In this document: piece after piece, positions 40,516-53,854 of the stretch
Numbering within the stretch: position 1 is the stretch's first letter
Layout: the number at the start of each line of letters is the position of its first letter
Assembly (NCBI GenBank): GCA_036172245.1
Contig: JAYWIR010000033.1
Coordinates: 2,232,001-2,296,000, forward strand
Length of the DNA stretch: 64,000 nucleotides
Reading direction: 5' to 3'
DNA from: Raillietiella orientalis
Taxonomy: Eukaryota
Made by a program: the position numbers and the translations under genes
Notes under the pieces: generated by a model
What the model saw: only the letters and a program-made list of their open reading frames with translations
The model's database searches: none
What the model was told of the DNA's origin: nothing

Positions 40516-40879
40516 TTTTCATAAACGCCCCGGCGTGACCGGGTGACACACCCTACAGTCAAGCGACACAGCGGACAAACAGCAAACGTCCCGCTGCTGC
40601 CTTATCTTCCTGGGTGAAAAAGCTCATTACTCAGAGGGAATCATCGCTGCTCGCTTGGCGGATGCTGTGAGCTCTGGAGAGTATTTCGCTGCAAGTCGAA
40701 CCTACTGGAGAAAGGATGCTGATGAGTCTCGTTCCCACGCAGGTTAGGATCGCATTTTTCCGGAAGGTGTCGACTACGATTTGATGCTATCATGATCGGC
40801 GAACGGGGCTCCAGCCTTCGTTCTATTATGCAGATTGAGGGCTTAAAGCACCGATGGGTTGTCAGTCTTCTCACTTTCG

Positions 40880-42500
40880 AGGAAGGAAAAAAAAAAAACA
40901 CCCTATTGGCTTTTTCTAGGTGGGGAAGGTGATTGGCATCCCGTTGGTACCAAAAAAGGGTTGAATTCTATCGTTCAAACAGAACTTGAAAACTTGAGAT
41001 AACGGCATCCCAGTCCAAGTAAGGGAGCTGAGCTTTCCTAGATATTGACGAGGGAAGTACAAGGATGAGAAGTTGCATGGAAATGCAAGCAAGAGCAAGA
41101 AGAAACGGAGAAACAAGATTCGCGAACAGGTGCGCGTACATGCCTATTGTGCAAGAACATTTGAAGAACACATTTGGCACGAAACCAGAGCTCCTGTTGT
41201 CGAATCCTGGGACCTTAGAAAAGTAGGCGCGGTTCTTTCTCAAGCGAGATGTGCTCATCTTAGGCTCGATTTCGGAGGATATCCAGACGGGATGAGGAGA
41301 TCCTTCTTCGATGAACAGTCATCCCCTAGGTGATAGCTCTCGTGGGTGACGGTCGTACTTGTCCACGGTCAGGATATTTGGTATGCATTCCCACGGATGA
41401 AGACATGAGCTTTGCTCCATAGATGAAGAGGACCTGTATTGATTTGATGCTAAAGCTTTTGATGGAAGAGACTGAAAGCGTGGGCCCACGGTTACCTCCC
41501 TCCTTTTCTTGAACTCCTCTAGCAATACATCCTTAACCACAATCACTCAACTCCATGGGCATGGTGAAGGCCCCACAAGTGCCTCATTTGACGGTTCATA
41601 GAGCACCTGAGAAGCCATGGTCTGCAGAAGCAGTCTAGCATGCAGTTTGGTTCGGCTGGAAGGTCTAGTTTAAGAAGCCATCCAGGTGCGCGAAGTGAAT
41701 GCACCCTCAGTGAAAAATCTGTCACGGACTGACCGTGACTTGGAAATTCGTGTTTGCCGGCAGCACAAAAGGAGGAGACAGTGCCGCCCTCCAGGCAACC
41801 CTTGAGTCAGTAGGTTTACTCAGCCATTCAGGAGATGTGCGACACTGATGGGACGCAAAACGTTATGTTGCATTTTTTTACTGTCTCTAGATTGCTTGAT
41901 CCTCTTCTTCCTAACTTGGTGTAGACCTGAGAGCACCAGATTTAGAGTGTAGTGAAGCATACCAGATTTCTCTCAGCTGCCACAAGCTGAGCACGAAAAA
42001 TCTTCCTGTTGGAACATGCCAGAACGAAATGAAACTAAGAGAAGCCAAACAGGAGTCACTTCCGAAAAACTTCTTCCCTTCTTGAGCATCTTTCGAACCG
42101 CGCAAATGGCAGGTGGCCACGGAGCTGCTTAAGCAAACTAAAAAACCTGCACTGATAGACTCGAAGGCAGATTCTCCTGTTTCGCAAAGGGAGGGAGAAG
42201 AAGCAACTTTTCCAGAAAGATTCCAGGAGGTAGAGTGGGTGCGAAATCGTCACCCGCAAAGTCCCGAAAGCAGCCTTCGCGGCTCAGAAAAAGGGGATTC
42301 GAGGTAGATCGACGTAGCAAAGCTGAACTGGGGTCTTCCATGTTGTCCGCTGGCGCAAAATAGCGCAAGGCTCTGAATGTGTTGGTTCTGCTTCAGGTCC
42401 GACAAGCGGTGGGAAGAGTTTATTGATCAACAACAAATGTTACAATGGCAACAGCAATCTAAAGCAATCACACTCGTTCTCCCACGTCCCATCTGTGGAT
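40880..42500 (-). pseudogene. IR-like relic (N-terminal region to M2)
   Basis: LWGLHHAHG..EVTVGP../TGPLHLWSKAHVFIR; FFKCSCTIG; SRILFLRFFLLLLAF..FSS/..LPYLDWDAVISS. Confidence 0.55.
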
Positions 42501-42549
42501 TCCCAAGGTTCAGGGTTTTGCACACGTAGCGTTTGCAATGTCACCTTCA

Positions 42550-43700
42550 GGTTTGTTTGCTCGGTATAGGGTCACTGGCGGCCGTAGGTCACTGGAGGCC
42601 GGCTCCGGTCACGTCCGCGATCTTCCACAAGATGTAGCGGCACGTCCGGGTGGATATCCTGCAGCAATTCCGGATACCTATTTCTCACTTTATGTGTCTT
42701 CGTGATATGTTGATGGCGGGAGCTGTAGCCCCCGTATTCCTCCTTTGCCCTCCCTGCCCCTCTTATCGCGATGCTCGTGATGAAGAGGGCGGTGGTGGTC
42801 CAGACCATGGGATTGCAGCGCGGGAAGTTTGCGTTCCTGTCGAGCATTCCCCCTAAAATCTGCGTCGGACAAGTGAATACGTGGAGCTAGGTTTCCCTGC
42901 TGCCAAACGTCTTGCAGAGTTCGTCTCCGATGCTGTTCAGTCCAGTGTGCTATCCTGTTTCCACTGAGGATACCTCCATGGTAAAGCAGGAGAAGGTCAT
43001 CCTAGTGGTAGGTCGCTCCTGAAGACGGTAGTTCCAACAACCTGCAGGTTCACCATCCGTTTCCCGTGGCGGTTGGCAGCCATGGCGAGGACGTCCTTTT
43101 CCTGGTAATATTGCTTCATTGCATCGCGGATGTTGGCTTTGGTCTCCAGCAGCCAGGCGTTGGATGCCTGGAGCTTCCAAAGGTGATGAGTCTTCCACTC
43201 ACGGATTGTGCGTAGTGAAACAGTCGCATCCTGTGGACGTTGCCACTGGCTGCAAACTGTTCGTAGCCACGAATGGTCATTGCTTGTCTCTGGAACATCC
43301 ACTTTCAAGTCTCCCTGGGTGCAGGTACAAAGAACTGGATGCCACTTTCTCCTTCCGCAGCTCTTTGCTTCGAGGCACTATGCTGAAGCGGTGTTTGAAT
43401 GTTGGTGCTTTGTATGTGTTGGGACCCATGAGGGCTTTTTTTTTTTCAGAGCTGCTGGTGCTGCATTCGGTGAGGTTTACGGAAACCCAAACGATTCGTA
43501 CCAACCGTCGTGCCGTCGGAAATCTTGGACGAGTGCTCATGTACCAGTTACACCGAGATGAGGCGTTTTGCTACAGGAGAGCATACCACGGTACCATTGA
43601 AAGTCAGTCACGGGAACTCGGGAGAAGAATGCACTCATCCATCACTGGCCCCGTCATTTTCTTTCCCATCTGTCCATCCATCTGTCTATCGAATTTGTTT
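42550..43700 (-). pseudogene. IR-like relic (N-terminal region and S1)
   Basis: ANRHGKRMVNLQVVG; TGLNSIGDELCKTF; TTALFITSIAIR. Confidence 0.3.
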
Positions 43701-44702
43701 ATTTATCCTGCCCTTTTTACAGACTCTAATTCCTGCGTTTTCTGACCGCTCTGAGAATGTATTTGCATCCTACGAATACTGGCTGTTTTGTGAGAGCGCC
43801 CCAGGGTCACTTTGTGTTCTCGGTTCATGTCCCCTTTGTTTGCTGAGTCAAACAAAAGGGACGATGGTCTGAGCAAACGGATAGCTGATGCATGGTGGCA
43901 GACTTTCCGTATTCCTCGAAAACGACGAAGAGGTTTGTTCCGGCAGCCTCGGGGCAAGCGGCAGGCGCTTTGCAAAGGGAGAAAAAAAAACCATCGCGGC
44001 TCATTCCTTCGTCACGTGACAAGCAGTGCAGGAATTTCCAAGGCAGCAGCCGACCTCGCGTCTACCAGAAAGTGGCTGGATCGCATCGGATGCTTTGCGC
44101 GGGAAGCCAAGGCCTTTGGGAGGCAGCTTATGCGTGTTTTTGCGGACCATCCAGCACATCTTCAACCCAGCATCACGCGGCCCAACACCGAGTGAAGAGG
44201 ACGAGCTTGTTCCTCCGTCTTTTGCACTCACCCCGCAGGATTTCCTCTAGAGGGAAGGCAGCATCTTGCCTTATCCTACCATCCTGCCTTCGGAGCCGAT
44301 GAGGAGACACGCTGCAGCATTCTGAGGGACACTTACGGTATTCCCTCTTGTCAGAGTCCTCTCGGAGGCTTCTGCTGACTTGTCTCCTCGAGAGAACTTC
44401 CCAGAAGCCAATTAGGAAAGCAGCACGTCTCATGCTAACGAAGAAAGCGAGTTGGTGAACGCCGCCACTCCTCGTTCCCTGGAGAAGGAACTCATGCTTG
44501 GAACTGCTCCCCGAAGAACTCGCGATCCCTTTCCTTGCGTGAGAACACTTCCACGTTCCCATTGAGTTGGAAGCGCTCAGGATGTCCTGCTCTTTTCCGG
44601 CACTGGAGTCCCCGGTGCAGAATAGTTGCTTCGGCAACCAGGCACCTTTCCTTCCCATTTCTTCACTCAATGGAAAGTACTTGAGGTAGACGCTGTGATT
44701 TC

Positions 44703-45130
44703 ACACCCGGGTGCTCCGGGGCGTTTATTCCTCTTGAAGGAATTGATGGAGCCAAAGGCTCACCGATTCCAATTATTACATTAGGAAAAAGAAGGAAAGC
44801 CGGCGAGGTCCATCACGTACACGAAGGAGAAAAGGGGTGAAACAAAATTAGAACAAAAAGAAAACAAACTATAACAAACAATGAAGATTAACAAAACAAC
44901 AAAACAAAAACGAAAAATCAATTTGTAGACGCCGTGATCGCAACGAGAGGCTGCATCCGCGCGCCATCGTCACAGCCCCCCCACGTGCTGGAGTCTCGAG
45001 CGCGGAGAAGGGAGGTCACACGCATGGCAGCCGCCTTGATGAGGACGGCTTCAAGGTAGCCTCATCTCCAACTTGTTAGGGAGGTCGCCAGCATACAGCG
45101 GAAGCTATAGGAGGAAAGGAGCGCTGAAAC
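44703..45130 (-). mobile_element. Short LINE 3' end
   Basis: T-rich UTR on the - strand and clean terminal motif AATAAACGCCCCGGAGCACCCGGGTG (44704-44729). Confidence 0.7.
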
Positions 45131-45134
45131 CAAT

Positions 45135-45338
45135 GACCACTTTCCCTACCCTTCTTCCCACTTTTCTTAAATTATTTATATTATTCCTTCCCTCCGACTC
45201 CTTACTTCCTTAAAAGCTGTGGTCGTTCCCTGCGAACTTCTTTTTTTGTTGGTTGTTGTTGTTGTTTTCTAGTAACTCAGTTCCCAGTGATTCGTGTATT
45301 TCTTTATCTTTAAATAAACGTTCAGACGTCACCGGGTT
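45135..45338 (+). mobile_element. LINE 3'UTR only (subfamily B-like)
   Basis: Similar to 33100-33320; terminal aataaacgttcagacgtcaccgggtt at 45313-45338. Confidence 0.65.
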
Positions 45339-45349
45339 GAAGCGCGTTA

Positions 45350-46110
45350 AAGATGCTGGATTCTTCCCTGGGAACAAGAGCGATCCTCTCTTCAGGAGCT
45401 CCTGCATTGTGAGGCTGCTGTCACCGGTCCACCCTTTGACTGATGGTTCTACTGAAACGGTAGAAGTGCGTAGAAGGAAAAAGAAGGGGCTCTCTCCTTT
45501 GTCCCTCTCTTCCCCTAGGAGCGACATCTCGGATCCTGGAAAGCACAAGCGCCACCACTCCCCTCAAGGAACCGTGAACACACGTCCGGATGTTCCGCTT
45601 GCTTACGGGCTCCTACTCTTCAGCTCACGAGTCCACAGCATCCCTCCCTCCTTCCTTTCCCAGTGATGGGGTCTCGTTTAAAAGGCCATCCACTTATCGG
45701 AGTCTTCGGAAGTGCCTGAAGAGCACAGGTGGCCGCCTTCCGGAGCGCCGCTCATTTGGGAAGACAAGCGAGAAGCCCCCTATCCTCTTGGATCGCCTGA
45801 ACGGGCGGAAGCATTCGCAAGAAGACATGAGGGTATGCGCGACCCCAAGGCGAGAGCTCTTGACCTTCCGTGTGCGTGGGGGACTGCATGGCTAAGGAAG
45901 CACGTTGCGTCTTTTTCCGCACTTTCCATTCCTCCACTCCTCCTCCTCGTGAAAAATAGGATTGTTTGCTGCGGGCGCCGCAAGCTCGGAACGCCCACGC
46001 GTCGTGTGCTGAGATGTCCACTACCACTGGAATTCTTAAGACGCTATCCCCTCTGGGAAGAATGCGGACTTCCTGAGACAAGGCCCTCAAACGACACATG
46101 GAAGTTGGGT
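45350..46110 (+). other. Candidate EVE: mononegaviral L N-terminal regions I-II
   Basis: CIVRL..G(1-nt insertion)HPLTD at 45426 (GHP motif); SFKRPSTY../EEHRWP; LLLLVKNRIVCCGRRKLGTPTRRVLRCPL (cf. L+.DK+.S....RR+L...L); EFL..GLPE. Confidence 0.5.
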
Positions 46111-46249
46111 TGTGTATTTATGGCTGGTAGGAGATCATTCCACCATCAAAATATCAAATGGTCAAGTAGTCATGGTGTAGACTCATCCGCTTCCGATTTA
46201 ATGGATGATCGGACCTCGTCAGCTGCCCCCTAACAAAGAAAGTCAGTTT

Positions 46250-47280
46250 CGTAGTTCCTTGGCAAGTACATAGATGGCAGACAAATTCGATGCAAGTCGG
46301 TTTTTGAACTTCGTCTCTCACTCACTACTCACCATGCAATTAATTAAGTGCTACTGAGAAGTTACAAATCCCTGTTGGACCGAACTCTTCGTGGACGATT
46401 TCAGCGCACGAACCGTCCTCCTGTCTCCGAGAAACAAGACGTTCACCCTCGCAGCTCTTCTTGGAATGTCTTCCTTGGAGGAAGGTGCAGCACTGTAGAG
46501 AATGCGTTTCCACGGAAGTCATTCCTGCCACTCTCCGAGACTCAGGAGTTTGCCTGCGAGTGAAGCGCCGCCGCAATAATCCCCTTCAGTCTATATAGCA
46601 TACCGCTCCTCATGATATCGGGCTTCTCTTCCTAGTCACAGGTGACCAGGACGCGGTTCCTGACAGATCTGACGCTGCCGCCGCCATCTCCAGCTCCGTA
46701 GGAATGCTGCCAGGGAAATGTGACGAGATACGATGCAGGATGCGATTCAGTGATTCAAACTAGCCTTCACGCTTCTTTTTTCTGCAGCTCCATCTTCCCT
46801 CAGGGAAAGCACACCGAAAGTTGCCAATCGGCGGTTGATAGTTCCCAGGGAACTCTCAACACCGCCGGCACCATCGCAGGAGTCACCAAACTACAAGGCA
46901 GACGGCTAGGAGACAAGTGGAACGCTGCCACCCTACGCTGCCAGGAGAAGGAACCGCTTTAGTGGAAAATTGTTTTGAGGACTCCCTAGGAACTTGTAGT
47001 CCCCTTCCTCTTCGTGTGGGTACTTTGGTGCTGTTCCCCCGATGGCAGCGCCAGTGGTGTTCTTTCTTCACCAGGGATTCCAGCATGAAGAGCTACTTCA
47101 TCCTATTTATGGGGGAACGGAATCCCCGAACTGTTTCAAACGGACATCACGTATTCTTCGGAAGCAAAGATGCTTGTTTCCGGCGCCCAAGGGACAAGCG
47201 GAGGGCGCTTGTTAAAGAGAGGAAAATAACTGTTCCACCTCCTCCGTTGTATTTCCGAACTGTTACAAATGAAGGACGAT
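46250..47280 (+). pseudogene. IR-like relic (M1-P-M2-S2), cut off by LINE copy C
   Basis: AIIPFSLYSIPLLMISGF; FFCSSIFPQG; NYKA; RTVSNGHHVFFGSK. Confidence 0.45.
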
Positions 47281-47289
47281 CGAATCCTT

Positions 47290-48109
47290 CCTGCAACTGT
47301 AGTTGGGCTGCAGCACTTTCCAAGAACCCTGGAGCTGGAGAGAGCTACTAAAATTTTCGGTGAAAGATCTGCGGTGGCTTCCAGTTCTTATAGACATCCG
47401 CATCCTCCCCTTGAAGTGGCAGGAGTCTGCACTGATGCTCCTGCACTGGGGCCTCCCATTCAACGTCCGCCGGCATCACTGGGCACGAGGTGTGTGTGGA
47501 CCCAAACTGTGCAAGGTGTGGGGAGAGAGCATTCCTCCCATATCTCGTAGTGGGTTGTATTGCACTCCGGCTCCTTTGGGGACGCTATGCTGCGGCCCTC
47601 AAAACCCCGGAGACAATGGCAAAGACGTTTTGAAGCGCCTCTTCCTGCGCGACGCCCTCACGCCGGACGCATCCTCAGGAGCACTTTGGTGACCACGCTG
47701 CGGGACTATAGCTGCATGGAGCAACGCCAGGGAAGTCCAGAACGACAGGGATACCATATACTTTGCCGCCCGTCCTCTTTGTGAGGACGGTGTCAAGATG
47801 GTCCCATCTGGGAGTCTTGAAACAGGAACTTGCCAACATCCTTACAAGGATGCAGTGGACACCCTCCAGCACATTGTGATCCCTTCCCGAACCCCCCTCC
47901 TTTTTTGACTGTATGTTTTCTGTTCTGTTTTTTTTCTGTTTGTTTGTCTCCTCTTCCCCTGTGCTTCCGAGGCGAACCCCGCTGGCCTGCGTGCCAGTTC
48001 CCGGCAGACTCCTTCTCGTAGTTATAGGTAACGTGGCAGGATCAAACGCCCTGCCACAGACATATATGTTTATTGTACAAATAAGCAAACACCCCGGCGT
48101 GACCGGGTG
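47290..48109 (+). mobile_element. LINE 3' fragment (copy C)
   Basis: LPLKWQESALMLLHWGLP, CKVWGE finger remnant, RWSHL, T-rich UTR, terminal motif 48080-48109; inverted homolog of 62724-63500. Confidence 0.9.
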
Positions 48110-48119
48110 CTGACCAAGA

Positions 48120-48590
48120 ACTGCGGCAGAGGCAGCAATACAACAAGCCGGAGGGCACTGTCAGAGGCTTACTGTGGCGATTTCTCACACGAAGTGGACT
48201 CCCGTGTGGCGCCACGATCTCGAGGTGTCACGTGCGCGCCATCGCGGCGGTCTGCCTCGTGCTAGAGCTAAGTTCTCAGAGTCGGAAAGTCACCTACCTG
48301 AGAGTTGCCTTCACGAAACCTTCAGCGAGATGGTCCAGTTTGGATGAGGAAGTCTCAAGGGAGTCGGTCTGCATTTCGATCCGGTACTTAGAAAGAAAAA
48401 ACGTCCGAAACCTAAGACTCTTGCCCTCCCTTGGTTTCTTTTTTTTCTTTATTTATGTCCGTTCTTCCTCCCTCCCTGTACTTCTCATGAAACCGATATG
48501 CGTGTCGGTGATCCGCTCCCTGGGAAACTCGGTTCCCGATTGCTTCATATGTATATTTTCATGAAATAAATGCTCTGATGTGACTGGATG
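48120..48590 (+). mobile_element. LINE 3' fragment, subfamily B (copy F), in tandem after copy C
   Basis: VRAIAAVCLVLELSSQSRKVT..ARWSSLDEEVSRE matches the 32780-33322 copy; decayed terminus aataaatgctctgatgtgactggatg at 48565-48590. Confidence 0.8.
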
Positions 48591-48599
48591 AAAACAGGA

Positions 48600-49250
48600 A
48601 AGTGTCTCCTGGAGTCGCTCCATCTGCATGCTGACGAAAGGCCGTCCTCGCACCTCCCTAGGCCAACTTATTTCAGAAAAAAAAAAAAAAAAACGCCTGC
48701 AGAATGGACTCACGGGACTATCAGGAGAAGAAAGCTTTCCCTTCTCAATGCACTCTCCGGTGAAGACACACTTTTCCTTCCCCAAGAGATGCGATCAACA
48801 CAAAATCTCGTGGTCATGTGCTACGTGAAAGATGTCCATCATGCTGGTCTTCCGGAGAGCTTTTTGGATGCTGGTGCTGTTTCAAGAGTACCATCGCGAG
48901 GCTCTCCCAACAAAATCTTGAGCGTGCTAGTTCCCGGAGGCAGCAGGATGGCGCCGCTTTCAGATCTTTGAAATGATGGGCAGCAGCATCTCCATCGAAA
49001 CAACGTTGTTGCACATATCCCTCGAGCTCTTCACCGACGCACTCGCCTGCATCTCTTATCAAAAGACAAGAACACAAGTGATTTTTTTTTTTCTTCTCCC
49101 CTGCCGACATGCTCCAGTGTCCCTCAAATAAACACATGTCCGGGAACCTCGACGATCACGTACAGATAGAGGATCCAGATTTCGAAAACTTCAGATTTTG
49201 TACTGACAACAGAAACAAAATGCTCGTTTCCTCCGTGAGCGGGTCCTCTC
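48600..49250 (-). pseudogene. IR-like relic (M2-S2)
   Basis: CNNVVSMEMLLPII/FKDL; ILLPPGTSTLKILL; CVDRISWG/KCVF. Confidence 0.4.
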
Positions 49251-49299
49251 TACGTGGGTGGGTTCTCCTGGAGCCGTAGGGAAGAACTCTCGATCTTCT

Positions 49300-50400
49300 C
49301 GAGAGGTTTTCGCTCATGGAGGTCTCGTCATCCAGGTATGGCAGGTAAGGCTACAGAGTGCGGAGAAAACCCGCCGGACCCCTTGACCAGACTCCGGAGA
49401 TGAGGGGAAAGCAATGAAGTGGTCTCCTGGATCTCTTACAGTGGACGCTAGCTTGTCCTCCACTCAGCCAGCATGCCGAGGGTATGACCTCAAATGAGCA
49501 CAGTCCGAGCACAAGGGAGCCGACCGCACGCATGGCAGCGGCATGGGAGGAACTCGCCGAGGTCCATCCGAGCAGTAAACCGATTTTCTCAGAGCAGCAA
49601 GCACTCTTGTTACACGAGTCTCGAAGTGCAGCCTGCTCTTCTAGAATAATTTCATTTTTGTCCACCATGGCAGTGTTCATCAAGCGTAGTGTTCCTTTTC
49701 GTACACCCTACGTCTACTCAGTGAGAAGTGCAAATTCTTTCCAAGAGGGAAAACACATGGACTGCGTTTCCCTTTCCCGAAGACAGAATAGATGAAATTC
49801 GCTTTTCTTTTCGTTTTCCATGGATGGCTAATGATCCGTGATGATCTGCGCGTGCGTCATTGAAAAATATCAATTAAGGTTTCGGAGATCGCTTTGGGTG
49901 GATGAAGGATCAAACTATGGTTTCCGCCGAGTGGCATCGCAGAATCTTCTCACTCGCTCGGTGTCCCTGGAAACGGCTGGCGAGCAAACTGACTGCGTGT
50001 CCGCAATCTGAAGACCTCAGTCACATGCAAAAGGGCACGGCCTCTCTCTCCGTTTTCTCAAAAAAGTTGCTTTTTTTTCTCGTGCTGCTGATGCTGCTTT
50101 TGAATCTATGCAACCACTTCTGATTGATAGGCAGACTCAAGTGAAAGCATTGAAGCGAAAAGAGGGCGTGAAACCCCAAAGGAAGAAAGAAAAGCAAAAG
50201 ATCGGGACTTGAGCAAAGAGCGGATTGCGTACATGGGAGTGATTCGTTCAGTTTTGGCAAAAGACAAATTCCAAGCATTTTCTTTTTTTTTTTTTTTTAT
50301 GCCATTTTTTTTTTTTTCTATTAGGACTGCGCCAGTCAGCAGCTCGATCTTATCTGAAACCATACTTTGCAGTTTGGCTTTACTCAAGTAGTAGTTCTAT
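49300..50400 (-). pseudogene. IR-like relic (S1 end to M3)
   Basis: MVSDKIELLTGAVLI; SFAFLSSFG; LLASRFQG; IILEEQAALRDSC..SEKIG; RPLHCFPLISGVW..AGF. Confidence 0.4.
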
Positions 50401-50849
50401 TTTTAGCCTTTACGCTGTCTGTGTTTTCTAAGGAACTTGGCACTGGGTCGCAGATGCAGCATGAAATTCATCAAAATCCACGCACGCTAGGGAGCAAGGA
50501 ATTCCGGGAGAGATTTTGCCGGCATGGGAAGACAAGCAAGGGTAAAGCTCATGATTACACGTCTATGTGCGACTTATACGCATTGGTCTTAATAAACCTA
50601 TTAAGACCTCTGAAGTTGATCAGCACATCTCCATCTTTAACTTTTTTGCGACTTCTTCACGCGATGGTGCAATCGCTCACCCGTGCATGACGAGCGAAAA
50701 TTCGTTCCCGGTTTCTGAAAACGAAACAAATTTCGTCAATTTGTGAAATTGCTATTGATTCATGAGGCTCTGCTGTGATGTTCTTCCTCCCTTTTTGCGG
50801 TGAAGTGCTGGAAGAGTCGTTTTTTGTGTGTGTGTGTGTTTTTTTTCCA

Positions 50850-53300
50850 GGGGCGCGTGGGGGATCAAATCGAAAATACCGTGGAGGGGGGGAGGAGAGA
50901 GAGAAGAAGAAAGAGAAACCATGCATTTGGACTCTGAAAATTCATCAGCTTGGACATCAGAGTAGCCAATCGTCCTGCAGCGTTGTAGCAATCAGTCTGT
51001 TTCTCCCTTGCCGAAATTCAGACTGAGTTAGCCAAAGGCGCCCAAAGGTGCCATCGAATCCCAGGACACCAGTTACTGCTAAATCAAGAGATTATGCGAG
51101 ATTCCAAAGCGCTATCTGCACGTTGAGACTGCCTACCGGCTATCAGCTGAAATACTCATTCTGGAGGGGAAAAAAACAGAAAGGGGGAGCATATTGGCTG
51201 ACTTCACGAACGAAGCATTAACAGCAGAACTGGTCAAAAAGTTTGCTCGTGCCGAGGACTCTGATGCTCGGACGGCGGATTGTGCGCAAACCAAGACAGT
51301 GTGGACAGCCGGTGGACAAGCTTCCAAGTGGTCAGCAACATAACGAAAGATGCGACAAACTGCATCGCGTACTTCGTTCTCGTTCGAGGTCTAAGAAACT
51401 CCATTAGTGGAAAAGGCCAGGGAAGAAGATTTCGCCTCCTCTCCTCTGTAGACGGAGCCAGAAATATCAGTGCGTTGAGAGCGAATCAGGACAGAGCTGC
51501 GTTCGGAACCAGAAAATGCGTTGCAGGAGAGCTTCTTGAATGGTGACTTTCCCAATTGCCTCCGGACTTGCATTTTGGATGCGTGGATACAAACGAGTTG
51601 CACATCGTAGAAAGCGCGGTGCCGGTTCGCAGCATCCCTTTCCATGTGGAGTTGATGATTTTTCCAAACCATCCCGAGTGGTGGTCAACAGAATCCGGCG
51701 AAAAGCGCTCTTACCTTGCATCCGATCCTTCGAAGGATATCACTCAGACTGGCAGAAGAAGCATGGCACCATCTCGTTGCTGATGTAGTCATGGTTTCGT
51801 GAAATCAGAGATTCCTGACCCTGGAAGCTGTAAACATGACCCTGCCTCTTTCAAGCCACTGTCTCACTGAAGTCAATGTTGTGAGGAGCATTCTATGCAA
51901 AGGTCGGAACAAAAACGATACCAAAGTCTCGTAGGAAATAAACCTCGCTACTGCTGGTTGCATGCAGCAGTGAGAAGCCATGGGATGACGGATCGCCGGC
52001 AGTTTCGGAGCACAAAGTTGCACGTTGTCAAAGAAGGTGCCATGTTGGAGTGCACAGAATGGTTTTCAGGTAACGGAAATGCATTCTTTTCGGCGCACCA
52101 GCAGTATCTGACTGAGACTCAGCAACACGGAAACTGAAAGAGCGGTTCCATGCTGACATTGCGATGTGGGCTCAACGCTGAAAAGCTGAGAAGACAACTG
52201 AAGTGTGAGAGGGACCAATCGAACAAACATGGAATTCCGGCAAAATGTCCGAAGAATGGGAGAACCTGTCAGCCTTCTGGAAATTGGAACCAAACTGGAA
52301 TGTGGATTATTCAAACATTTTGTTCAAAGTTTTTATACTGAAGATATGCGGAGCCAGTCTAAAAGAAAAAGGGTCTGAAAAAATGTCTTCAGCTGCTGGA
52401 TTTTTTGAAGCCCCGCCCAGGAAATCGGTTTAACACACGTAACTTCTATATCTTCCAGGAAGACTTGATGATTGTTTCTGATATTAGAAAGATAAAAGCA
52501 ATGAAAAGAGTGCAGCCACAGGCAATTTGCTGAGAAGTATTTCTAAGCGGAATTGCATAAAACTCATTTATCATACCGGTTTAATCGATTCTTGCCAAAA
52601 CCTGAGTCAAAAATCTGCCCTGTTATTGGTATTCTCAAAAGACAGAGGACGTAACGATAATTCGTCCAAAAGTTTTCTCTCAAAGACGATTTAAAAGAGA
52701 AAAAATAGAAAAAGGACATACCACCAACCTATAGACAAGAATAAAGAAAGCACAAAGCACGGCAATTTTCGAGTTTTTTCAAAAGCAACTTCAGATCATT
52801 CATCTTCAAAAACGCGTTTCTTCAGAAATGTTTGAAAAAAAAAAAATGCCTTCAGGATATCTTTAGAGAAGGATTTTGGTAAGAGCGTAGTAATATACAG
52901 CATAGTGATAACATAGATTAGCAAAACATCGACAACTTTTTTTTTTGGCCGCAAAATATCTGTTGGCGATTTTCTTTTAGATCAAAATATCAGTAGTAGG
53001 TGTGTCCTTTCGAAGTTACTTGGATCAAATATCAGCTCTACTTCCAGCACAAAGTGAAATAGCTGACCACTCTGACAGCAGGAATATCAGATGTCAGCCA
53101 CGTCGAGGCAGTTCAAGGAAATCTGGATATCGTTGGAACTGTTGTGAAATGCTATGAAAAGTATGTCGTGCACAAGCAATTGGTGGAATTAATTTAGAGT
53201 ATTCTTCTTCAGCTTGGTTTCACTATTATTTTCAAGGATCACACAAGCAATATTTCTTGGTTGCAAGTATTTTGAAAATGCACATAGGTGACACAATCAT
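50850..53300 (-). pseudogene. Long IR-like pseudogene, divergent from taxilin
   Basis: VSFLFRPLHRMLLTTLTSVRQW; MQGKSAF; GWFGKIINSTWKGMLRT (cf. Y.G.L.+.L); LPLSVFFPS. Upper boundary uncertain. Confidence 0.45.
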
Positions 53301-53854
53301 AAAAATGGCGGCATGAAAAATCTGAACACATTTTCAGGATTTCACAGAATCGTCGAAAGTCTTCGATGAAAAGATATTTATTTACCACGAGTTTCGTGGT
53401 GGTTTTACGAAAATTTACAATTCTCGTATGCACTAACAATTGTTTTGTTTTTTCAATCGTATTTGTATGATTTTCTGTTATGTTTTTGTGGTGTCTTTGG
53501 GTTCTCCTTTTCTGCCGTACCATCAATCGTACTTGTGCACTGACCAAAAGGAAATTATTCTCTTTTTTTTTTTTTTTTCTAATCCAGAACTTTCAACTAA
53601 TTGATGTCCTCACAGATGCACCATATGGTCACTGTTCAAATATTTTTGGCTGGGTTTGTCGATATTCTTTGGCAATATTAATGCTTGTAATTACCAAACA
53701 CTGTGGAATATTTCGAAAAGTACTTTTAAAATTTAATTTATGCGAAGCAAAATTTCTTGAGACTTTATAACTCCGCTTTTGGCAGAAAAGATTGTGGCAT
53801 TTTCAGAAAGCCACTGGTAGAGGGCTGCTGCTGGTAGTCGGCTCCATTTTCGTT

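Noticed and set aside
48080..48115. Hammerhead ribozyme or CRISPR-repeat reading of the recurring hairpin motif
   Set aside because: No CUGANGA/GAAA core is present, and the copies are dispersed at LINE ends rather than regularly spaced.
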